Source: Neodothiora populina (taxonomy: Eukaryota). From it: a DNA stretch of 64,000 nucleotides. Every line of letters begins with the position of its first letter. Position 1 is the stretch's first letter. Below the pieces are notes generated by a model, which saw nothing but the letters and a program-made list of their open reading frames with translations, ran no database searches and had not been told where the DNA came from. The stretch spans positions 744,001 through 808,000 of the forward strand of contig NW_027191404.1 in NCBI RefSeq assembly GCF_041146345.1. Reading direction: 5' to 3'. Positions 36,080 to 48,601 of the stretch are shown piece after piece. The translations under genes were made by a program, and so were the position numbers.

Positions 36080-39000
36080 ATGGCTACACACATGCCAGTC
36101 ACAGAGAACACTCTCATCACCATCAAGATTACTATTCTTGATAGCACCAGGAAGATCAAATTGCCTCTGAAAGATCTCGGTGCAGACAAGCTTATTCCGA
36201 AGGTATCCCCATTGATCATCGCGCTGTTCCGAGATGCGAGCCTTAACTCCGGCTCCCCTTGTATACCTCAAAGTTGACGTCTTACTGACCGCGTGCCCCT
36301 TACTCTAGCTTCGCTATCTCCTTCTCATCAAGTCAGGACAGGGTGTCGTCTTTGAAAGATATTCTGACTCCGTTGGGGACTTTGTCGTGCTTGATCCCGC
36401 GAACCCTGCCGTCTTCAAGACGCTCGTTCGTGCAGCCAAGGCAAAGCTCAAGCTGAGACTCAAGGCTACCGTCAGCCCACTTTCTTCGACTGATGAGGAA
36501 CAAGAGGAGAGCAAGAACAAGGCAGGTGCTTCTCTGTCAGAGACTGCTCGTCTTGCCGCCCGCGGAATTAATCCATCGACTCATCTTCCTATGAGAGGCT
36601 CCACTGCCTTCGACCAGCGCTCCCTTGGCCCCGGAATCTTCCAGTTCCGCGACCCTCCATCGTCTCCAAAGCTCGTACTTGCAACAAAGACCAAAGAAGA
36701 GCCTGTTCCTTGCGCTTACATCACTCCTTCTACAGGTATTTCAGCATGCTCTTCAGAGACTGACTTCCTTCAACTGACACATCTAGATTTCTTTGCCGAG
36801 CTCGCAGCACACGGTCGTGAGCATGAGCTCAGTCTCCTTAACAAGAATGACGCATCTTCCAATACCACGACCTCGTGGTCCGTCTATTGCAACGAATGCG
36901 ACACTGCCATGGATGACGTCCACTTCCATTGCGGCATCTGTGATGGCGGCGACTATGACCTCTGTGAGGCTTGCGTTGATAATGGCAAATTCTGTCCTGG
37001 CGAGGGCCACTGGCTGATCAAGCGCTCGATGAACAACGGTAAGATCGTCGCCAGCACCACTGAACGTCTGGCTGCTCCCGGATCCCGTTCTGAGACCGCT
37101 CTTGCGTCGCCCGTCGCCATCGACACCCAGAAGACCGAGGGTCTTGACAATGAGCGTGACATCCCTGGAGCCTACGCCGACGATGTCTCAACCCTGAATG
37201 CGGTGCCTGAGGATGTCTTCCGCACTTGCAACAACTGCATCGCCTGTCTTCCCGACAAGGAGTTCCTCACTTGTGCCAACTGTGACGACTACGACCTCTG
37301 CCGAACCTGCCATGTTGCCGACAAGCACGGCCACAATCCTGCTCACCACTTCGAGCCCGCGGTCCCTGGTGCATCTCTGACTTTGGCCGAGAAAGCTCTC
37401 TTGCCTGCTGGTCGCAACACCCGCCATAACGCCATCTGCGATGGCTGTGATAAGAACATCTTCGGTGTGCGCCACAAGTGCTTCTCTTGCCCCGACTTTG
37501 ACTATTGCAACGATTGTGTCAAAAATGCACGCCGCACTCATCCTCGTCATCGCTTCGCGCCTCTCTACGAGCCCGTCGCTCTTGCCGGCGCTGGCACTCC
37601 TGTCACCCACCTTGGCATCTACTGTGATGGTCCATTGTGTAAAGACAACTCGTACCAGGCTTTCATCAAGGGCGTTCGCTACAAGTGTGTTGTCTGCCAC
37701 GACCTCGACTTCTGCGCTTCGTGCGAGGCTCTGCCTGGAAACCTTCACAACAAGACTCATCCACTGATCAAGTTCAAGACTCCTATCAACAATGTGTCCA
37801 TCTCTACCCAGAATGAGGACAAGAGTGGTAGGGTCAGGGTGCTTGGCGACAAGTACACTACAATGGACACCAACGCAAGACTTACCACCAATTCGACGAC
37901 CTCCGTCAAGACTCTTGCGGACATCCAACCTACTCAGAAGTCGGCTGAGACCCTCGACGTCGCGGAGAGCACCCTTCCTGCTACCCCTAAGACTTTGCCC
38001 ATTCGCGCCCTCGACACTATTGCCAAGGGTGATGCAGAAACCCCACTAGAGGCCCACTTCGTACGCGACGCCGTTGTCGATGGCACTGTCATGGCCCCAG
38101 CGACACCTTTCATGCAGGTCTGGACCATCCGCAACCCCGGTCCTCGCTCCTGGCCTGCTGGATGCAGCGTGCGCTTCGTCGGAGGCGACAACATGCTCAA
38201 CCACACTCGCAACAGTATCGCATCTGCTGACAGCTTCTACGACGCTACCGAGAGCAACGTCATCGCTCGTGAGGTCCAGCCCGGCGAGGAAGTTGCTTTC
38301 AAAGTTCTCATGAAGGCTCCGACTCGTCATGGCAAATCCATCAGCTACTGGCGTGTCAAGGCCGCCGATGGCACTCCCTTCGGCCACAAGCTATGGTGCG
38401 ACATTGTCGTCAAGGACTCCGAACAAGATGCCGGCGCTGAACCCAAGTCGGAGGACAAGTTGCAGGACGCGAGTTCTGCCAACATGGCCAAGTATTGGGC
38501 TGGTTATCAACAGCGCATGGCTTCGATCAGATTGGCGAATGCAGAGCGACAGGCTGAGCTACGCCGTGGGGCGGAAGCTCGTTTGGCAGGCGCTTCCCGC
38601 CAGCCTCGTGAACAGTCTGGCGCAGAGGCAATGTCATCAGCACGTGAACAGATGATGAAGCAGATGGAAGAATTCGTCCGTCGCACCAAGGTCATGAACA
38701 ACGACGTGGCCCAATCGGCTCCAAGTCACGATGACTCCAAGACGGACATGAGCGTGAAGACTTCTCTGGCGGCGTCGTCCCAGGAAGCTGCACAGGACAA
38801 GAAGGACGAGGCTGAACTGAGGGACAGCCAGATGATCTTCCCTACTCTCGAAAGAGAGAGTCCCGCCAACTCGGCTTACGACTCTCTGAGCACTGCCAGC
38901 GTTGCAAAGGATGCAGTGGCTAGTGTCGAGGACGGAGACTCCCGTGCTAAGGCCGGCAATGCAGAACCGACTTCGACACCCGCAGACAAAGTTGCCGATG

Positions 39001-39161
39001 TGGTGGCACAGAAGCCTGATGAGGAAGCATTCGAGGACATCTCAGAGCTCGAGGTCCTGAGCGCTGATGGCGAGGACGAGGACTCGGATGATGGTTTCAT
39101 GACCGACGAGGAGTACGACATTCTGGATGCAAGCGATCAGGAGACTGTGGCATCCAGATAA
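36080..39161 (+). CDS. nbr1: Nbr1-like selective autophagy receptor (PB1-like N-terminus, four ZZ zinc fingers, FW domain, acidic LIR tail)
   Basis: ZZ fingers CNECD..C..CDGGDYDLCEAC, CNNC..CDDYDLC, CDGCD..CPDFDYC and CDGPLC..CHDLDFC. FW domain WTIRNPG..WPAGC..ISYWR..FGHKLWCDI. C-terminal DGFMTDEEYDIL. Introns 36203-36308 and probably 36736-36786. Confidence 0.88.
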
Positions 39162-39937
39162 GTCATTTGCAGGGGGATAGCGAAACTGTTACAATATGGT
39201 TTCAAAAGGGAGACGTCGCAGAGACTAGGCTGAGCCCAAGATAGTGTATCCGCGAGTCTCCCTCATAACGACTTCTTTTTTCTTTACTTTACGGAGCCCC
39301 TTGCTGGGTATGGTACTTTTGGATAAGACTGAATACAACGGGTACTTTTGGAACTGGCACATGCTTCTTTCGATGGAGGAAAGCGAGCAGTCCATTAGGT
39401 CTTTCTCTAGCTAGGGTGTTGGGGGACAAGATAGGGCGTTCCAATGAAAATCACAACATAATTAGGAAAAGTGTGTTTTGCAAAGACAATGTCTACAGCG
39501 TGATCTAGTTCTATGAGTTGGTGTGGGAATGATGTTTGTTTTATAGTGATGAACCAATGGGAATACCACGTGGACAGACAGGTGTGGACAGGGTGCGTTG
39601 ACAGCAGTGGCTGCGACAGTGATAGACGGAAACACACGAGTCAGACATGTTCGTCATTTGTTGGCGGATGTTCTGAGTGATGCCCCTCACCCTCATACAT
39701 TCACGCCTCCAAAGATATACGCACTCCATAGATTCTGCACACGCGATACCGTAGCGAACGTGATTACTTTGAGTTACTCCCTCAGCGGCATTTCATTCTT
39801 GCCCTTGCCCCAATAAATAAACCTCATCCAAAACCAAAACTTGTCGTTGGCATCAATCACAGCCTACTGCCTCATACATATTTTGCTTTGCAATAGAGGA
39901 AGACGCAACATTTATACACTGTACAGTCGCAATCAAG

Positions 39938-40682
39938 ATGTTGAAGATATGGTCGATGGTGAGTCATGTCGCAGAGTATTCCTGATTCTCTGTCGCATTT
40001 GAGGTTTTATATGGCGTGGACTGACAGCCATTCGCAGAAACAACAGCAGCAGAAGGATGAGCAGGCAGCATCGGGGGGCGTCAGGAAGAAGAAGGTGACG
40101 GCGGCGCAGTTACGGGTGCAAAAAGGTCAGAATCGGAATCTCTCAGTCTTCTCTTCTTTCCAGTAGACCTGCAGTGACATTACCGGAAAACAGAGCAAAG
40201 AAGAGTCCAGGGAAACCAAAGACTAACAAACCCCACCAGATCTATCAGAGCTATCCCTCGGCAGCACGATGAAAACCGACTTCCCAGACCCAGACAACAT
40301 CCTGCACTTCATCCTGACCATCTCGCCCGACGAGGGCATGTACAAAAGCGGCGTCTTCACCTTCACATTCAACATCTCGCAGTCGTTCCCGCACGAGCCG
40401 CCGAAAGTGAAGTGCGTGCAGAAGATCTACCATCCGAACATCGACCTCGAGGGCAACGTGTGTCTGAACATCCTGCGCGAGGACTGGAAGCCCGTGTTGA
40501 ATCTCAACGCCGTCATTGTGGGACTGCAGTTTTTGTTCCTCGAGCCGAATGCCAGTGATCCGTTGAACAAGGAGGCCGCCGAGGATCTGGCTAGGGATAG
40601 GGAGGGGTTCAAGAGGAATGTCAGGTCGAGTATGGCTGGTGGTGGTGTCAGAGGGGTCACGTACGATAGAGTGCTGAAGTGA
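39938..40682 (+). CDS. UBC12: NEDD8-conjugating enzyme Ubc12, 3 exons
   Basis: [69 protein letters not shown]. Confidence 0.96.
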
Positions 40683-40720
40683 GGTTGATGCTGGGAGAGG
40701 ATTGGCTGTCAGCACGCACT

Positions 40721-40746
40721 CAAGCAAGCAAGCAAGCAAGCAAGCA
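40721..40746 (+). repeat. (GCAA)n tetranucleotide microsatellite in the UBC12 3' region
   Basis: caagcaagcaagcaagcaagcaagca read directly. Confidence 0.9.
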
Positions 40747-41353
40747 GAGTCGAACCACGGTTCTTCTTTCGTCTCTTTTTCTTTTCGGTTCTTCTACTTC
40801 TCCTCCCGCCTTTCCTATCAAGGTCGGATATTCACGTCAAGATGCTCCGTCGAAAAAAATGCGTTCATGATACTCGCAAGCATTATCATTCAGCGAAAGG
40901 AACTAAACCTAGGTAATTGGGCTCCCGTCCTGCGCTTCTGAAGAGACAGCTAGAGAGCAGGACGATTTACAAATCCATTAGATCTGAATCATGGAGATTC
41001 GTGGTCTGGCGACATGGGAGTACAATGCTGGTCCTTTCTCCCTGTCCTTTTCTTACTCTCCTCACTCTCACTCTCTTTTTCTTCCTTGCTGATTCGAAGA
41101 CTGAAACTCAAAGTGTACCATTGCATGCTATTGATGATTTGTTGATACAGATATAAATATAGTTCATCACAATCAGATGTAGGGATTCTTGTTTCCTTCT
41201 CCGCCGCAAACGTGCTGGACATTCCCTCTTTCATTCTTCCTCCTGCTCCTGCACATACCCTCGCAAGCGACGATGTCTAGATTTTCGCAGATATACAATA
41301 CGAAATCCAGATTCCTTGCCACCAAGCCAAAGACCATGTGAAAGACGAAGAAC

Positions 41354-42037
41354 CTACTCCCTTGCCCAAAGCTCCTTCCTCCTCAACCTATCCTCTCTAG
41401 CCTCCGTCTTACTCCTGCCCCACCTCTTCTTGATCTCCTCGAGCTCCCTCTTACGTTCCTCAGCCACCTCGGGCGCGCTGGCGCACAAACTCACGAAAAA
41501 CTGCGAACACCCGAACTTCTCCGCCAGCTTCACACGCGTCCACGTGCGCGGGTCGGACGTGCGCAGACGCCGGATCTCGTCCACTTCGCTGGCGCTGAGG
41601 TGGTATTTCTTCGCCTGGATGGGGCGGACAGGCGGGGGTAGGGGAGCGGCTTCCGCGGCCGTCGAGGTCGGGCTCGTTGATGACGAAGATGCAGCGGCGG
41701 CAGTGGCAGCGGCGAGAGAGTGTAGCTTGCGCCGGGGGTCGTTGGCGGGCAGGAACTTCAGCGGCGTGTGGTAGACGTTCGGAGCCGATGAGGGCGGGTT
41801 GTAGATTATGTGGTCTGTGGCTTCGGTCGTTTTCCTGTGGTGGTCGCTGGGTTGTACGCGCAGCATTTTCTGCGTGCGGCGGAAGGAGGATACGTTGCGG
41901 GTTTGGGTGCTGCTTCGTAGACTGGTATTGCTGGTGCTTGTGGGTTGCTGTTGGAGCAGCAGGAGACATGGGAAGTTGTTGTTGCTCGTGCTCTTGCTCT
42001 TGCTCAATGAGCGCGGGATCTGTCTCGTCGTGTTCAT
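41354..42037 (-). CDS. MRPL20: Mitochondrial ribosomal protein L20 (mL58)
   Basis: IIYNPPSSAPNVYHTPLKFLPANDPRR, KKYHLS..EIRRLRTSDPRTWTRVKLAEKFGCS.FFV and WG..KTEAREDR.RRKELW. Confidence 0.9.
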   Translation of the reverse strand: MNTTRQIPRSLSKSKSTSNNNFPCLLLLQQQPTSTSNTSLRSSTQTRNVSSFRRTQKMLRVQPSDHHRKTTEATDHIIYNPPSSAPNVYHTPLKFLPANDPRRKLHSLAAATAAAASSSSTSPTSTAAEAAPLPPPVRPIQAKKYHLSASEVDEIRRLRTSDPRTWTRVKLAEKFGCSQFFVSLCASAPEVAEERKRELEEIKKRWGRSKTEAREDRLRRKELWARE

Positions 42038-42672
42038 TTTGTTTGTGTTTGCGTGTGTCCTCTGTGACTGAACGACAATCGGCTCGACGGCGGCGGATGA
42101 CGGTCGTGGGTCGGAGTTGGAGTTGGGGTTTTGTTTTTACTTGATTTTTCTTTTCCTTGCGGACAGCCGACGACGAACGCCTTTCGCTCGAGGCAAAAGA
42201 ATGTCTCGAGATCTCTTGACTTCGGGGGTTTGCGTCCTGGCTCCGCAGGGGTCCGTGCGTACCTACCCCTACGGTACTGTACTGCACTTACTGGACTATG
42301 GTCTCGCTAACACAGCTACAGATAGTACTCCTCTTGTATTAATGAATGCACAGCCTATGTTCTTGCTTCATCGTCCAATACAGAATATGTTCGCTGTTCG
42401 AGACGATTGCCAGCGTGACTTTGTGCATGTGGGTCTCTGGTCCTCTCACAGGTCTTATATCAACGAGAGCATCGTCTGACCTTCACAACTTCTTAGTAGA
42501 TACAATTACCGTGTGAGAGAGCTTCGCAACAACGCGAATCAATCAAATTGTCCTTCATTTGACTACAGTAGCCCACTTAGATACTAAACGCAACTCAATG
42601 CTCCAAACCCAAAGCCGGACTTTCGCCTGTATTCTTTTCCTCCCTTCGAGTTACCACATCTACGAACAGCGC

Positions 42673-45600
42673 TTACATCCCAACGCGCGGCAGCGAACAC
42701 GGCCTCGCCCCCCTTCCCTTCTCGTCCTCTCCCATCGCTATCTGCACATCGAACAGACTCCTCCTCTTCATCATCCTGCCATGATACCCATTCAGGTAAT
42801 TCGTCGCATAAGTCCTGCATGTGAAACTCGAAGACTTGCTCGGCGCCGAGAGGTACGACACGATGATCTGCGTCACTGTCGCTGTGCCTCCGCTGCCTCC
42901 TCCTCCTCCTCCTTCTGTCACTGTGACTGTGCCGCCGCCACCGCCGCCGCCACCAACAGTTGCTGTCACGGTTGGGCCTGCTAATGTCGTGACGCCGTAT
43001 GTAGACACGACTGTGATGCCGTTGGACACGAATGTCGAGACTTCGGTTTTGACGCTGAGACTAACGCTGACAGTTGTGGTCGTCACTGTGTTTGTGGCTG
43101 TTGTTGTGGCTGTTGTTGTGGCTGTTGTTGTCGCCGTCGTCGTCGCGGTTGTGGGTATGTACGAGACGGTCACTGCTGTCGTGACGCCGTACGTCGATAC
43201 TACTGTTATGCCATTGGATACGTAGGTTGAGACTGCTGTTGATACGCTTAGCACGGCCGAGGGGATGTAGCTTGTTGGGCCTGCGCCTGTGCCGGATCCT
43301 GTTCCTGGTCCTGTTCCTGGTCCTGTTCCTGGTCCTGTACCCGGGCCCGTTCCCGGTGCAGTGCCTACTCCAGTACCCACCCCCGCTCCAGGCGCCGTTC
43401 CAGGCCCTGTTCCAACTCCAGTCCCTGCACCACCCCCTGATCCGCTCACGATGGTGACGATAGTAACCGCTACACTCGAAGTCGCAAACCCAGTCGTGGT
43501 TGCATACGCTGTAGTGACCGTCTGGCCACCACTTACATATGTGGATACAACAGTAGAGACCCCATATATAGTGGTAGGCACATACGTCGTGTACACCAAA
43601 GTCACCGCCGACGCAGTACCATATGTCGAGTTCTCGAAGGAGCCGCCATTACCGCCATTTCCTCCTCCGATACCCGTGCTTTTAGTACCTTTGATCGGCA
43701 TGAGGAGTCTAGCCGAGCTGACGCTTCTCTGCGCAAGCATATTGGATCCCGACTTCAGCTCACAATTGTTGGCGGTGGATGAAGTGAGGAAGGAAACACC
43801 TCGACAGGGGCTGGGACTGTGAAAGGCCATCAGGTTGAAGATATCGCAAGCTGCCACACAGCCGGCGAGAGAAGATGTCGTTTCCGTCGATATGGTCTCG
43901 TCGGTGATGTGTTGATCGCATGCGATGAGGTATTGCATCCCTAGAGCGTCGGTATATGTTGCTCCATCCGCCAACGGACATGCTGGCGCGGAGTCGGAGA
44001 CTTGGTCTCCTAATTCTGATCCTGTTCTCCCCCCTCCTCCTGATGAGATACTGCCTGGGGGTGCAGTTGTAGTACTGACAGTCGAATACCCGCTCCATAT
44101 ACTCCCGGAACTACCGATAGTGCTAGTAGTGTTCTGACCGAAAACAAATCCTTGCGGTGGACATAGCCTGGGAACAGGACAGGCTGTGACGGTAGACGTT
44201 GTGAAGACGGTCGTAGTGCTTTGAACACCACATGCATTCGAACCCGACACAGAACCTCCAGTAGGCCCGGCTGTCACAAGAGTCGGAGTCAAGGCACAGG
44301 TGAAACATAGAGACGCAGACCCAGACACGATGGTAGACTCGCTCGCGATACTCGAAGCTGAATTGATGTATGTGACTGATACCTGTGTCACCGTACTGCT
44401 TGCGGGAATAGCTAGATAACACATTAGTCATGGTCTGATCTCCATCGTTGCCTCGAAGAACTTACTTGTAGTGACTGTCACAAGTGGAGTTGTGGAATGC
44501 ATCAACACCGAGGTATAAGACATGCTCGAGCTTGACAAACTCGCAGATTGTGAAGCAGCGCCTGCGAGTCGAGCCGCATACATGACAGACACGTCTGAGA
44601 CCTGCGGACCAGCGAACGAGGCTTTCAGATAACATGTTCCATTCGATGGAGAGTACACTACACCTAAGCATCCGTTGGTCGAATCACAGACAGGAAAGCA
44701 GCCCAATATCGAGGCTGCGACGAACGGAGTGCCTAGGTCGTTGCCCAGAAAGTTCGTGTAGCATTGCAAAGCATAGTCGGCACCCGAGGGCGAGATGTAG
44801 ATCTTTCCTCTACTGCCTGGACAGGTCGGTGTCCCTTGAGGCGTAGTAGCAGAAGTGGAAGACGAAGTTGTCGATGAAACCACACCCGAGCTCATTGGAA
44901 TGCTGCTCGGGCTAGAGCGGACTGTGCTCGTAGCATTGGTAGACATACCACTTGCATCACCACTACTCGTCGCGACTGGAGCAGCAACAACGACCGCCGC
45001 AACATTATTAGCACTCGGGACCGTACCGGTGACGGTGCTAAACAGAGTACAATCCGTGCCCTGGTAGTTCACAGCAACGCAATTCGGATACGCGCTGCAC
45101 AGGTCCAAGCACTTCTGGTAAGTTGGCTCGATGGCACGTTTGACTTTCGAGTCCGAGATCTCGCTGGTGTCAATCTCGACGCCGGTGTAAGCAGTGCCGC
45201 ATGATACCTGGAAGACAATGGCGGTGTCTGGCGAACACTGTACTGAGTCGGACCCGTTTCCGCAGAAGTCGTCGTAGCTGGCTGGACATGTTGGTGCTGT
45301 ACCTGAGTATGTTGCGCTAGGTTGATAGGTGTTTATCGGAGAGCTAGAAGTACTATAGCTTGTTGGAGATGTCAGGGGCTGGCTTGAAATGATCGCACTA
45401 CTTGTGGAAATTGATCCGATGGAGCTAGAAGATGCTGACTGGGCAGATCCTTGGGAGGCTTGTGTAGAACTCTTGAAGTACGATGAGCTACTAGGAGTGA
45501 AAGACAACATCTGCGAAGACTTTACAGCAATGGAAGTAGAGGTGGAAGACAGAGCTGTTGTCGTTAAGGCAGAAGACGAACTGCTCTGCGCTGAATTTGA

Positions 45601-48197
45601 TGGAGACGTCGACGTTGACACTGTTGCAGTGAGCGTAGAAGAAGTCGTCGATGTCGATGTCGACGTCGACACAGAGCCTGAAGAAGACTGCAGTGTAGAT
45701 GACGAAAAAGTTGAAGTACTACTCGATGCTGTTGCGGGCGACGTGACCGAAGAGGTCTGAACACTTGACGAGGAGACTGTAGATTGAGTGCTGCTGCCGG
45801 ACATGGAGCTCTTCGATGGAACGGAGTTGGACAAAACAGCTGACATGCTCTCCACGTACGAGGATGAAGATGACACTGTGGAGGAACCCGTACTTGTAGA
45901 TCCTATAAGGCTCGTTGACGATGTGCTCATTGTCGACGATGGACCTGTCGAGGAGGTACCCGAGGCCAGAGCATCGACCATGAGACCAACGACGTAGTTG
46001 CTGCCATAGATCTGCTTGAGCGTACCGATCTCCTTCTTGATGTAGCAATTGCCTTGTGAAGTTCCTACAAATGTAAACCCAACACAACCTGGTGTGACAT
46101 CGCATATGTCGAAACAAGCTGTGAAACCTCCCTCTACGACGGAGGTTAGGTATGAATCGGCCGTGGTATCTGCTCCACAGTAGACTTTGTACAAGACAAA
46201 ATTCTCGTCTGCCAAAGTTGAGTTATTGGCTTCCGGACATGTAGATGGTTGTATGCTGGGTGAAGCTGCGGTAGCAGAAGTAGATGATGTCTGACTCGAG
46301 CTTGCGAATGTGCTAGATGCAGAAGTCGAGAGAATCAGAGAAGGACCAACAGCAGAGGATGAATTGAGAGATGCGGAAGATGCATACATAGAAGACTGGT
46401 AGAGTGACGAGGACGACGAGGTGGAAGAGCCGATAATTAATGTGCCAATCGATGCGGAGGTCGTCGTTGAAGACAAGGATGCCGATACAGATGCCGAAGC
46501 GTATAGCAGATCATTCAGCGCCGCAAAGGTGTGATTGTCGTATGAGAGTACACCTTGTCCAGACTTGACGTAGCAAGTACCAGCACCATTGCCACCAAGG
46601 TATGTGACTCCCGTACAGATGGGTCCTTCTGCGTAACTATCACACAACTCCATACATGCCTCGAAGCTGAGCACAGGCTTTACACCGAACGCGGCGCCGC
46701 TGAGATCAGACCCACAAGCGATTCTGTACTGCGTTCCCACCACGTCTGTGTACAGTGAGTTGTTGTAAGCCGGACATACCACCGGAGTTGCCGACGCTGT
46801 CGAACTAGACTCAATTGTGCTAGAAGTCGCTGACAATGGTCCGCTATATGTCAGGCTCTGTGTGATTGATGAAGTCGTCGCACCCATTCCAATCGGAACC
46901 GTCATGGATGGGCCTGTTGGAACGGCCGAAGATTGCGTTGCTGCGGCCGCCGACGAAGACGAGGCATTTCCGGCCTGAGGCAGTTGGTACACTTTTATAG
47001 AGTTGATCTGCCAGTAGGCATTTGTGAAGTTCGAGGGGTTGTTTCCCACAAAATCCACACATGCGTCAAGACTGCCGAGACTGCTATTTTGTGGACAACT
47101 AGGGTACTGGCTGTAGACATTGCCCGCCCATGCACCACAGAAATCGGTATTGATGATGATGCTGTGGTTGGCAAAGTGCGAGTCAATATCACAAGAGCCT
47201 TGGAATATCGCGGCAGGGGTGCCTAGCTGTGGTATGACAGGCGTCCCAGCCAGGATACTTGCCGGCATGGCGCTTCTCTGGAACCACCAGATCTTAACGT
47301 ATTGTGATGTCCATTCCGTGATGTAGACTCCTCCACCCGCGTTATCCAGGTTGTTTCCGTAGTTGTTAGGAGTTCGCAGATTGTTCGCAGTGGAGCCACA
47401 CCCTGCATTATCGTTCGCAGCCGTGTCACAATTCGAAGACCCAAGCGTGCCTGTCTGGCCAGTCCCGGATATTGTGCAGTTGGCGTCTGTATGCATGCTC
47501 ATGGTATTCGATGTCATCGTGTTGACACCCTCGATTATATCTGCAGCTCAAGTCAGTCAAACGGCATGGTGCACGACGACACATCACTAACCAATTTCAC
47601 CATTTGACGGCCACTCTGGACCCAGTAGCCTAAAAACAGGTCAGCAACAATGCACTATGGTTTTCTTCACGACAGAATCGGACCAGAATGCAGGCCAAGT
47701 ACCGCAACCCCAGGGCATATGGGCCAAATCGAGCACAAACAGTCCATGAGTGTATGTGTTGTCGCTGATAAGCCTGACTGCTGGCCTGCCAGGCCCACCT
47801 CTAGGCCATTTGTTCGTTGTGTCGACACCGATGTATGCGCTGCTGTAGTTGGAAGTCACATAGCTGTTTCTTGTTGCAATCATCTCATCGACATATCTGG
47901 AAAGGTCAGCGCTGCATCGACAAGGTGTATGAATCTTAAGACTGACTGGACGTGTCCATAAGTAGGGTCATATGACTGTGAGAATCGTGAGTATCTCTCG
48001 GCAATCACTTTGTTGACAGAGACACATACGCTGTAATATTTGAACTTTTGGAAGAATGTCTGAGGTTGATAGTCATCGACCAAGGAGTATTTCCCACCTG
48101 GTGCGCCGCCACCTACGAAAAGCTGTGCGCCAGGAATACTTTGCGCAGATATCGAAGAGATCAGAGTGATGAGTGCCAACAGTCTTGTGCCTGCCAT
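42673..48197 (-). CDS. Secreted GH16 endo-1,3(4)-beta-glucanase fused to five Cys-rich apple/PAN-like modules and Ser/Thr-rich regions (~1753 aa, 6 exons)
   Basis: Signal peptide, YDPTYGHVQY, GRPAVRL, HMPWGCGTWPAFW, catalytic GEIDIIEG and IIINTDFCGAWAG. Exons 48030-48197, 47947-47975, 47684-47896, 47592-47629, 44466-47540 and 42673-44411 join in frame. Confidence 0.88.
43085..43435 (-). repeat. Coding tandem repeats: (TTTA)n peptide and (GTGP)n peptide, 12-nt units
   Basis: gttgttgtggct x3 near 43090-43130 and cctgttcctggt x3-4 near 43298-43340. Confidence 0.85.
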
Positions 48198-48601
48198 GGT
48201 TGATGACAATGGTATCCCTCCAGCCTGGCAGAAGAGTCAATGACGACCGTGGAAAAGGAAGGGTAACACAGAGACCATGAGTCCTGTGTGGTAGCACCTC
48301 GATATCGGCGTCTTTCCGCCGCTTGCATTCCTGTGGCATGATGGTTTGACATTAAGATTGCATTCCTCTGTGAAATCCAAACAAACATGTCAGAGTGCCC
48401 GCGCATGCCATAGCCATGACAAGACGAGAGCCAGGGGCATATTCCTCGGCGGTTTAGAAAGTTTGAAAGGAGAGTGGCAAGGTCAAGTTGGATTTGAATT
48501 TTACTAGATTGTTGCTCAAGATCTCGCACAGCTGACCCAGATTCATCATACCTCACAACATAGAGCGAAATAAAGGGCGTGTGCTTACTGCGTGTAGCAC
48601 T

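Noticed and set aside
41460..42287. 275-aa ORF overlapping MRPL20, and other long antisense or alternate-frame ORFs (7761-8459, 37188-37928, 973-1524)
   Set aside because: These are shadow frames of GC-rich real genes with no recognisable motifs.
43298..43435. Regularly spaced direct repeats resembling an array
   Set aside because: They are coding GTGP peptide repeats within the GH16 protein, with no unique spacers, so not CRISPR-like.
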